The notes below the pieces were generated by a model that was not told the origin of the DNA, ran no database searches, and saw only the letters and a program-made list of their open reading frames with translations. A DNA stretch of 24,064 nucleotides. Source: Armatimonadota bacterium (GTDB lineage Bacteria > Armatimonadota > UBA5829 > DTLH01). Where the stretch lies: NCBI GenBank assembly GCA_039680575.1, contig JBDKSP010000092.1, forward strand, positions 1-24,064, written 5' to 3'. The position numbers were made by a program, and so were the translations under genes. Positions within the stretch are counted from its first letter, which is position 1. Every line of letters begins with the position of its first letter. Below, piece after piece: positions 16,686-24,064 of this stretch.

Positions 16686-18476
16686 CTATTCCTCCGAAGC
16701 CTGCAGTCCGAGCGCTGCGTGCCATTCCTGTAGTTTGTTGATTCTCTGCTTCTTGTCGGTAGGAAGCGCAAGTGGTCGTCCACGGGCATCTATTATGAGT
16801 CCCACAGTCCCGCCCTCTACAGTGGCAGTTATCGATTTTCCACGGCCTGCGCCCATATCGAGCCCTTTTCCTGGTTTAATGGTGACTTCTTTGGTCTCAC
16901 CCAGTCCAAGCGGGATCACTTCCATCGATCCGAGGATGTAATCTTTGTCATGTCCGTCTATGGTAACAGTGCAGGCTACCGATCCTGGCTTGCCCGTACC
17001 TGTCGGAGCTATAACGTGGCCGAATTTGATGAGACAGTCACTGTCGAATACCTGTGCTGCTGCTTCAGGATGGACTGTCGAGAGAACTCCAAGCTGCGGC
17101 ATCATGAAGATCGAGTCTTTCGCAAGCATCGTGATGCCTTCCGGCTGGTACGCATCGATCATCATATAAGCAGTTTCGGCGGCTCTCGGAGCGTGTGAAA
17201 GGACGCCTCCGCTTCCGACGATCATATCTAGGTCCATCATCTTGACGAGTGTTTGGCCTGTCGCCTGCTGGTCCATGATGTCTCCGACAGACCTTATCTG
17301 CTGGACACCCGTGAGTGTTCGCGCCAAAGACTTATGGTGGTCGAACGCCAGTCGGAGCGCTTCCCTGGAGACAGATTGTTCGATCCTTAGGTCTTCAAGA
17401 GTCTGAGGGATAGTCGTCGGGCGGATCATCTTGTTTCTGAGCCTGTTTCTAAGATCGGCTTCATCCACATCGAACGGGACCCAGCGCTGGATGTTTGTAA
17501 TTCCCGCTTCGGTAAGGACGTTACAGATCGAATAGCTCATTCCCAGGTTGGCGCTGACGGTCCGGTTGTATGTGCCGCCGAAGACTGAGAATACGTCGGT
17601 AGTCGCGCCCCCGATGTCTACAGCCAGCACGTTGATCCCCATCTGCTCGGCAATGGTCTGGATGATCTTTCCGACTGCATTCGGGGTGGACATAATGCCG
17701 GAGTCTGTCCAACTGGACAGCTTACCGTAACCCGGAGCCTGCTGCATAACGTGTTGAAGGAAAAGTTCGTGTATCGCCTCTCTTGCCGGACCGAGGTTTT
17801 CGGTCTCAAGCGAAGGTCTGAGGTTATCGACGATTTTCAGATCGACCTTATCCTGAAGAGTCTCTTTAACGGCTTCACGCGCGGATTTGTTACCTGCGAA
17901 GATAACCGGGAGCTTGAGTCCAATTCCGAGTCTCGGTTTAGGGTCGGCTGCGAGCAGCATCTCAGCGAGCTCTACGAGGTGCTTCACGGTCCCGCCATCG
18001 GTACCACCGGATGTGAGGATCATATCCGGGCGAAGTTCCCTGATGCGCTTGACCTTTTCATAATCTTTGCGCCCATCATCTACTGCGATGATGTCTATAA
18101 TAATCGCACCGGCTCCAAGAGCCGCGCGCTCTGCGCTTTCAGCGCTCATTGCCTTGACAACGCCGGCAACAGTCATCTGCAATCCGCCTCCGGCGCTGGA
18201 GGTAGACAGATACAGATCGACGCCCGTCTTGTCGTCGAGCATCGGCCGCATGATGAGTCCGTTCTCATCCAGAATCTTACGTCCCGAGAGGTCTTCTATC
18301 TCTCGAACGGCGTTTACGACGCCTACTGTGACATCGTCAAAAGGCGCTTCGACAGTTGTCGGCGCCTCACCGCGGACGGCGAGCCTGTACTCCCCGTCCT
18401 GTTTCTGGATCAGAATGGCTTTTGTTGTAGTGCTGCCACAGTCCGTGGCGAGAATTGTTCTTATTTCATTAGCCAA
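16686..18476 (-). CDS. Glutamate mutase L (GlmL/MutL)-like actin-fold ATPase
   Basis: TDCGSTTTK, SSAGGGL, GGTDGG, MSTP.AV, VDIGGATTDVFS, RTVSANLGM, GSGGVL. Likely TTG start at 18476. Confidence 0.85.
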   Translation of the reverse strand: MANEIRTILATDCGSTTTKAILIQKQDGEYRLAVRGEAPTTVEAPFDDVTVGVVNAVREIEDLSGRKILDENGLIMRPMLDDKTGVDLYLSTSSAGGGLQMTVAGVVKAMSAESAERAALGAGAIIIDIIAVDDGRKDYEKVKRIRELRPDMILTSGGTDGGTVKHLVELAEMLLAADPKPRLGIGLKLPVIFAGNKSAREAVKETLQDKVDLKIVDNLRPSLETENLGPAREAIHELFLQHVMQQAPGYGKLSSWTDSGIMSTPNAVGKIIQTIAEQMGINVLAVDIGGATTDVFSVFGGTYNRTVSANLGMSYSICNVLTEAGITNIQRWVPFDVDEADLRNRLRNKMIRPTTIPQTLEDLRIEQSVSREALRLAFDHHKSLARTLTGVQQIRSVGDIMDQQATGQTLVKMMDLDMIVGSGGVLSHAPRAAETAYMMIDAYQPEGITMLAKDSIFMMPQLGVLSTVHPEAAAQVFDSDCLIKFGHVIAPTGTGKPGSVACTVTIDGHDKDYILGSMEVIPLGLGETKEVTIKPGKGLDMGAGRGKSITATVEGGTVGLIIDARGRPLALPTDKKQRINKLQEWHAALGLQASEE

Positions 18477-18867
18477 TTTGCGTTCCCGTCCAGTTCGGCC
18501 TGCCGGTATTATGTGCAGGCACAAGATAAAGCAATTTTAACACACACATAGGAGCCATGACAACCGGCGTATGCCCTGTGCTGCCGGTTGTCACCCCTTG
18601 TCCATCCGTCTTCATAACCAAGACCGAAGATACAGAGGAACTTTCTTTCTTTTGCTGCTGTTCGCGTTGGGGAGCCAGCCAGTAGGCATCGATATATGCG
18701 TAGATTATGATTGCCGCGATTAGTAGGATCAGAAAAAGACAGCACCCGCTGCTTCGCCGCTGCTGTCCGGGTCCAGGAGGTGTAAACCCCCGCCCGGTAC
18801 GCTGAGACTGCGACATGCGCCTTCTTTCTTCACGACTGAATGTTGTTATTGTTCTATCTATAGCCAT
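18469..18867 (-). CDS. Small single-pass membrane protein
   Basis: RRSSGCC followed by a hydrophobic helix. Fills the operon gap, and its stop overlaps the glmL-like start. Alternative start at 18816. Confidence 0.55.
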   Translation of the reverse strand: MAIDRTITTFSREERRRMSQSQRTGRGFTPPGPGQQRRSSGCCLFLILLIAAIIIYAYIDAYWLAPQREQQQKKESSSVSSVLVMKTDGQGVTTGSTGHTPVVMAPMCVLKLLYLVPAHNTGRPNWTGTQIG

Positions 18868-18876
18868 TGACTTTGA

Positions 18877-20142
18877 TTACCCGATTCCGGAGATAAGTGC
18901 TGCTGTCTCGGTTATCGCCGTGTCGATGATCGCTATTGCGCGGTCGAGCTCGTCCGGCGTGATGATGAGCGGCGGCTCGATCCTCAAAACTCTGGGATTA
19001 TTCAAACTGTATGCCACGAGCAGATTATGCTTGCCGCAGACGGTTATCGCAAGCGCTGCGAAATCATCTATCGTAAACTCTATTCCGGCCAAAAGCCCCT
19101 TGCCCCTGACCTCTTTGATATAATCAGGATGCTTTGCTGCAATATCTTTGAGCGCAGAAAGAAGCCTGTCGCCAAGTTTTGCAGAACGATCTACAAGACC
19201 TTCATCTATTGTGGTTGTAATTGCCGCGATTGCTGCGACGCACGCGAGAGGATTGCCTCCGAAGGTCGAGGAATGCAGATAAGGGTTCTTGCCGAAGAGC
19301 GAGTCCCAGACCTTGGGATTTGAACTGAACGCTCCGACCGGCATTACGCCTCCGCCGAGTGCCTTCGCCATCGTCAAGATATCCGGGACAATGCCGTAAT
19401 GCTCGCATGCGAACATCGCTCCTGTCCTGCCAAACCCGGTGCGGACTTCATCCAGAATTAAAAGTGCGCCATTCTTGTTGCATATCTCCCTTACCTCAGG
19501 AAGATATCCATCAGGAGGAACAATGACGCCGCCTTCTCCCTGGATTACTTCGAGTATGACAGCAGCAGTATTTTCATCCACCGCATCAGCCATTGCTTGA
19601 ACATCACCGTAAGGCACATTCTTTACATCGGACAGCAGCGGATAGAACTGAGACCTGTAGACCTCCCTGCCGGAAACTGAAAGACTGCCGTACGACTTGC
19701 CATGAAACGCGTTGAGCGCTCCGACGTACCCCGGGCGTCCTGTATGGACGCGCGCAGCCTTCAGTGCGCCCTCTACCGCTTCGGTCCCGGAATTGCAGAT
19801 GAAAGAGTACTGCAAGTCACCCGGAGTGACTTCCGAAAGCAGTTCACAGAGGTCAGCAAGCTCTGTGGATATGAAGTAATGGCTTTTTAGAGCTTCTTTC
19901 TCCAACTGGTTTTTGACAGCCTGGACTACTCTTGGGTGCAGATGACCGAGGCTGAATGCCCCGTAACCGCCGACACAGTCCAAATATTCATTGTCCGCTA
20001 TGTCTCTTATATAGCATCCGGACGCATCTTTTTCGGGGATGGCAAAACCGCTGAACTTCAACAGGTTCGCCATCGATGGATTCACATAATCACGATATTT
20101 CTCAATCGTTTCTTCGGAAATACGCTCAATATCTATGCTCAT
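18877..20142 (-). CDS. Class III PLP aminotransferase (putrescine/acetylornithine aminotransferase-like)
   Basis: NSGTEAVE, FHGKS, EVIQGEGG, DEVRTGFGRTG, AKALGGG, STFGGNPLAC; GGAGG SD. Confidence 0.92.
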   Translation of the reverse strand: MSIDIERISEETIEKYRDYVNPSMANLLKFSGFAIPEKDASGCYIRDIADNEYLDCVGGYGAFSLGHLHPRVVQAVKNQLEKEALKSHYFISTELADLCELLSEVTPGDLQYSFICNSGTEAVEGALKAARVHTGRPGYVGALNAFHGKSYGSLSVSGREVYRSQFYPLLSDVKNVPYGDVQAMADAVDENTAAVILEVIQGEGGVIVPPDGYLPEVREICNKNGALLILDEVRTGFGRTGAMFACEHYGIVPDILTMAKALGGGVMPVGAFSSNPKVWDSLFGKNPYLHSSTFGGNPLACVAAIAAITTTIDEGLVDRSAKLGDRLLSALKDIAAKHPDYIKEVRGKGLLAGIEFTIDDFAALAITVCGKHNLLVAYSLNNPRVLRIEPPLIITPDELDRAIAIIDTAITETAALISGIG

Positions 20143-20208
20143 GGATCATAACCTCCGATTTATTGTACACTTTGAGTCTCCACCAATCCCAAATCCTAAC
20201 CCCTTCTC

Positions 20209-22161
20209 TTACCTAATCGTTTCAGCGTCAATCGAGTCGACGATCTCCTGTGGCGGCGGCACATAAAGCCGTTCGCTTGGTTCAAGCTCAGGACTGTGTG
20301 CCTTTTCAGCGAGAGTAGTCGCAAGCGCAAACGCAAGATATCCGGCGCACGATGCGAATGATCGTCCTGATGCGGCTTTCCCGGTATTTTCGTCGACCGA
20401 TTCGCAGGCGACTCCGTCGTCCATCTCAGTTCGTTTCAGAAAGTCTATTGCCTGTGCCGATCTTCCTGTCAAGAGATCGTTGACCACGCTCACTATCGAC
20501 GGATGGTTCACCTTTTCGCTGCCGGGGGCGGAGAACTGTGCCGAGTGGAAGGAGTATGGATTTTGGGGCGAATGTATCCACTCGACGGTATTTCGATAGG
20601 CTGGCAGGTCCGGTTGGCAGAACTCCAGCCAGGACAAGAGCTGCAGGCTGCCGTGCGGGTCATCCGAAATCTGATAATTGCCCTTGAGGTCTACCGCCCA
20701 CGCGAACATCGTACCGAACGGACCATCGACGACGCAGTTCCCCATAATCGCTTTCTGCACATGCTTCGCCAGTTGATTGTTATCATCGCTCCTGTCGAGA
20801 TCGTGGATGAGTTCATACATCCACTCGAGATCGCGGAGCACGCGCCACACCAGGACATTATCGTAGGTGATGTAAGGATACATTGCCACATCGTCCGACG
20901 GCTGCAGCATCGTCGCAAAAAGCGCCACTGACTTGTTTTTCTTCGCCTGCAGTATCTTATGTATGCGGTTTACCCCCATCTGGACTCTGCGGTCGAACAG
21001 GATCGACATGTCGCCGGTGGCCCGGACATACATCGAAAGCCCCCGGATAGGCGCGCACAATTCATCGAGCGCAAAGCCCGGTTCCAGGATCACTCCGTCT
21101 ATGAACCTGCTTTGGATGCCGACATTTTTCAACTGGACCGTAAGCGCCTGCACCAGCATCCGCCTGGCCTGCGCGGGTTCGATCTGCAGCACCGCGGGCA
21201 GGCTCCACATCATGGAGTCTCTGTCTCTGTAGGAACCGCTCTTATCGTAACCGGAACTTCTCGAAGTGAGCTGGATAAGGTCTTCAGTATCCAGCGTAAA
21301 TGCTTCCGAGTAGAAGAAGTTATAAAGAGAGTTTGTATTGGCGATCCGGTTCAGTTGCTCGTCACCCAGAGACAGACTGTGATCGTCTATCCATCTGTGC
21401 AGGTCATTCAGGATGCTCTCTGAGCTATGACGCATCAAGTCTACAGCAGATGTGACCGCCGATACTTCTTCCAATCCAATGCCGATGTAAAGAGAAATAG
21501 TCTTCTTTTGCCCCGGCTCGAGTTTTATGTTACTTGAGAGCCGGCAGTGAATTTGCTCGCCGAACCGCGCTACGACTCCATCCTGATCGGAAGATGAGAT
21601 GGTAATTTCTGGGTCGGCGCTCGACGAGATTGCCAAATCCATCTTCTCGGACGGGCAGAAAGCAACGGCGAAAACAGGCGCTATGCCTCTGAATTCGACG
21701 AACGGTATCCCGTCATGAAGCGGGCTCACCGCGCCCACACGCTCGCCTCTCATAGGCCGGGAAACATGGACTACGTGTTTTGCGTCCTGCCAATGGCTGT
21801 TCCATGAGATGTCTACATCGAGAGGGTTGTCCGATTGAGATTCGAGTTCGATCATCCAGACGAACCCTCTGTGTGACAGGGCGGGGAGAATCCGTGAATG
21901 GACTTCGAGGCCTAGCTCGTTGAGACGGAAGGAAGGTATCCAGTAGCGCTCCTGCTCCCAGTCTGCCCTGGAAAGGTCAAGCGCCTCCTTATCGACGGTA
22001 ATATGGGGCGTAAGGAACGGTTCATCCTCCGTACCGCGCAATTCTACTACAGAACGATAGAGCATGTATACAAAACTGATGTTCATTATCCCACAGCGGG
22101 ATTTGAGAATATCAGGAATTGCCACAAACCTGTTTCCAGTGAATAATCGGTCGTTGTTCAT
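20209..22161 (-). CDS. GH125-like (alpha/alpha)6-barrel glycosidase homolog
   Basis: RDS, QPSDD...YPYITYDN, DDPHGSL, ACESVD...G...FASCAG correspond to GH125-type motifs. Confidence 0.65.
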   Translation of the reverse strand: MNNDRLFTGNRFVAIPDILKSRCGIMNISFVYMLYRSVVELRGTEDEPFLTPHITVDKEALDLSRADWEQERYWIPSFRLNELGLEVHSRILPALSHRGFVWMIELESQSDNPLDVDISWNSHWQDAKHVVHVSRPMRGERVGAVSPLHDGIPFVEFRGIAPVFAVAFCPSEKMDLAISSSADPEITISSSDQDGVVARFGEQIHCRLSSNIKLEPGQKKTISLYIGIGLEEVSAVTSAVDLMRHSSESILNDLHRWIDDHSLSLGDEQLNRIANTNSLYNFFYSEAFTLDTEDLIQLTSRSSGYDKSGSYRDRDSMMWSLPAVLQIEPAQARRMLVQALTVQLKNVGIQSRFIDGVILEPGFALDELCAPIRGLSMYVRATGDMSILFDRRVQMGVNRIHKILQAKKNKSVALFATMLQPSDDVAMYPYITYDNVLVWRVLRDLEWMYELIHDLDRSDDNNQLAKHVQKAIMGNCVVDGPFGTMFAWAVDLKGNYQISDDPHGSLQLLSWLEFCQPDLPAYRNTVEWIHSPQNPYSFHSAQFSAPGSEKVNHPSIVSVVNDLLTGRSAQAIDFLKRTEMDDGVACESVDENTGKAASGRSFASCAGYLAFALATTLAEKAHSPELEPSERLYVPPPQEIVDSIDAETIR

Positions 22162-22167
22162 ATTGGA

Positions 22168-23418
22168 TTACCACTCAATCTTGCGCATTATCAGTCCCGA
22201 CAGCAATTTCGGATAGAAATATGTAGCCTTCTGCGGCAGTGTCTTGCCCGCGCGGGCTGCGGACAGGATAACTTCGAGCTCTACAGAGTTGAGAAGAAAC
22301 GCTATCTGGCAGCTTTCGGAATCTACTGCGTCGATTGCTTCGCCCGCGTCTCTGGTGTAGCTGACATTTGCCTCCTGCCGGATGCGAGCCTCATCGATCC
22401 CAAGCAGGCCATCCAGAATGGCTTCATGAAGGACCAGCACGTCGAGTCCGGCTGCTTTGTCCTTCAAATCGACAAGATAGGCCTGTCCCTGCTGGCAGAC
22501 CCCGATGAATTTCCCGCTCCGCGCCTCCATGTCCGCTGCCAGTCTCTCTTTCGATGACGGTATTACGCCGAACATCTCTGACAGCCTCTGTTTCAGGGTA
22601 TCGATAGTGCGTGCCGGAAGACCGCGAACCATCCTGTGAGTCGGCCAGACCGTTACATCAGGTGAATAGACATTCACGAGAGTCATCATAACATAATCGT
22701 AAGGTTTATCGCCCGGAGTATTGCCGTCTTTTTTGCGCAGTTCGTTTCTATAGGCGAGCGCTGTCTCGTAACGGTGGTGTCCGTCCGCAATTACCGCCGG
22801 TTTGTCCTCAAGAGTCTTGGTTATGACATCGATGTCGCTTTCGTCATCGATGGTCCAGAGTCGGTGCCTGACGTTTTGCCGGTCAATTACCTCTTCTGCA
22901 GGAGCCGTAACCGCAACACGTTCCAGAATGGCATCTACCTTGTGTTCCCGGTCCGGGTAGAGAGCATAGACGGAATCCAGGTTTACATCGGTGGCTTTAA
23001 GCAGCCTGGAAAGGTCGGATTTCGGTCTGGGGAGCGTGTTTTCGTGCGGGAGTATCACTCCTTCAGAATATTCATGCAGTTTGACCAGCGAGACTATGCC
23101 TCTCACCGTTTTCGGCTTTCCGCATAGTGTAAAATGCTGTTCATAGGCGTAAACGGCAGGTTTTGGGTCCTGAACCAGCGTTCCCTCCGCCATCCATTCG
23201 GAAAAATATGCACTTGCGCGCGTAAATCTGTTATCCGAAGGAGTATCATGGGGCATGTCGAGGCCGAGGATCAGCCTGACGGCGTTTTTCGGGTGCCGGT
23301 CGTGGAAGTACATTCGGTCCGCCGGTGATATTACGTCGTACGGCGGACTCGTCACGTCGCCAGGGTCCACGATTTCCGTGTTATACCGAATGCCTTTAAA
23401 CGGGGCAATCCTGACCAA
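22168..23418 (-). CDS. DUF1015 family protein
   Basis: APFKGIRY, PPYDVI, PHENT, IADGHHRYETA, PTHR, PQKATYFYPKLLSGL. TTG 23418 follows AGGAG. Confidence 0.93.
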   Translation of the reverse strand: MVRIAPFKGIRYNTEIVDPGDVTSPPYDVISPADRMYFHDRHPKNAVRLILGLDMPHDTPSDNRFTRASAYFSEWMAEGTLVQDPKPAVYAYEQHFTLCGKPKTVRGIVSLVKLHEYSEGVILPHENTLPRPKSDLSRLLKATDVNLDSVYALYPDREHKVDAILERVAVTAPAEEVIDRQNVRHRLWTIDDESDIDVITKTLEDKPAVIADGHHRYETALAYRNELRKKDGNTPGDKPYDYVMMTLVNVYSPDVTVWPTHRMVRGLPARTIDTLKQRLSEMFGVIPSSKERLAADMEARSGKFIGVCQQGQAYLVDLKDKAAGLDVLVLHEAILDGLLGIDEARIRQEANVSYTRDAGEAIDAVDSESCQIAFLLNSVELEVILSAARAGKTLPQKATYFYPKLLSGLIMRKIEW

Positions 23419-23453
23419 ACCGATACTCCTTGTGCAAGTCAAACTATCCCGTC

Positions 23454-23462
23454 ATTATATCA
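23454..23462 (-). promoter_or_regulatory. Extended -10 promoter of the DUF1015 operon
   Basis: TGATATAAT on the minus strand. Confidence 0.55.
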
Positions 23463-23498
23463 CGGTTGATATTTAAGGTGATACTCCCGTTGAGTTTC

Positions 23499-23715
23499 CT
23501 TTGCGATGATCACGGTTTCCGGGTCGAGCTTCGATGCCGTCACTGCGCTCATCTGTCCTCGACAGCGTGCGGGGGGACCTGAGCTTCCTAATGATGATTC
23601 GCCAGTCACGCGTGAGCACATCATCCGCCATTCGGAAGATAAGCTCGCTGTCCACTTCAGCAAATCTTGGCAGCTCGAAATGATCGAACAGATAGTCAGC
23701 ATTCAGAATGATGCC
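23499..23715 (-). pseudogene. Frameshifted internal fragment of a phage/ICE-type class II glutamine amidotransferase
   Basis: GIILNADYLF...PRFAEVDSELIFRMAD in one frame continues as ARCRGQMSAVTASKLDPETVIIAK in another. The shift falls at the G6 run 23571-23576. Confidence 0.7.
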
Positions 23716-23772
23716 AAACAGAGAAAACCGGCGGCTATTGACATGCAATTTCAGGTATGGGCGTCATCGGTT

Positions 23773-24064
23773 GAGGCAATTGCGATAAGTCGATCCGAGT
23801 ATGATTTTAGGCATCGAAAAAAGGTGAAAGCCCCAAGTGCTGAGCGTGGGAAATGCAGTCAAAGGCAAAATAGTTAAAAATCTACCCCAAAAAGTAATGA
23901 ACTCCTGAGCCCGTTGTCGAAGTGGTTATTAGCAAACAATCACAGACACGGAGGAGTTCATGAGTTATATTCGACAAGGACAGCTATTTACCTTCGAGGA
24001 TTTTTGCGAAGAGCATGATGACAATACGCGGCTGGTATTGATATTGTCGACATTGGAGCCGTGC
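23773..24064 (+). mobile_element. Probable left part of an insertion sequence
   Basis: Transposase-like start at 23960. The left end near GAGGCAATTGCG is tentative because the partner end is outside the window. Confidence 0.4.
23960..24064 (+). CDS. N-terminus of a probable IS transposase (IS1182/IS5-like), truncated by the window edge
   Basis: GGAGGAG SD, then MSYIRQGQLFTFEDFCEEHDDNTRLVLILSTLEPC. The IRQ..LF.FE...RL..IL pattern is recalled from such transposases. Confidence 0.6.
   Translation, partial: MSYIRQGQLFTFEDFCEEHDDNTRLVLILSTLEPC

Noticed and set aside
16686..18476. Calling this DNA mismatch repair MutL
   Set aside because: Name collision only; the motifs are actin/ASKHA-type, not GHKL.
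17751..18551. 266-aa plus-strand ORF
   Set aside because: Antisense shadow of the glmL-like gene.
23506..23877. 123-aa plus-strand ORF
   Set aside because: Antisense to the amidotransferase relic and runs into the presumed IS end.

Overview
Bacterial chromosomal window of mostly housekeeping genes. The lineage is probably a diderm Terrabacteria member such as Armatimonadota; this is inferred from a Firmicute-like rpmE-DUF1385-prfA order and TGnTATAAT promoters occurring together with an outer-membrane-type protein. Gene order: rsgA (-) behind a 22-codon leader ORF with an anti-SD; manC; mreBCD; a DUF6485-like Cys-rich protein; nth; a YjbH-like outer-membrane protein (-); an orphan PilC/GspF-domain plus PilB/GspE-N2-domain fusion (+). 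A long minus-strand run follows: DUF1015, GH125-like protein, class III aminotransferase, small membrane protein, GlmL-like ATPase, a 373-aa partner, phosphodiester glycosidase, beta-propeller glycosidase, rpmE, DUF1385, prfA. The window ends with a frameshifted phage-type class II amidotransferase remnant and the start of a probable IS transposase. Intergenic regions carry a recurring set of nested palindromic repeats. Best leads: the rsgA leader/attenuator, the PilC-PilB(N2) fusion, the mutase-less GlmL module and the modular repeat system. Family assignments come from motif recognition and recall, not from database searches.
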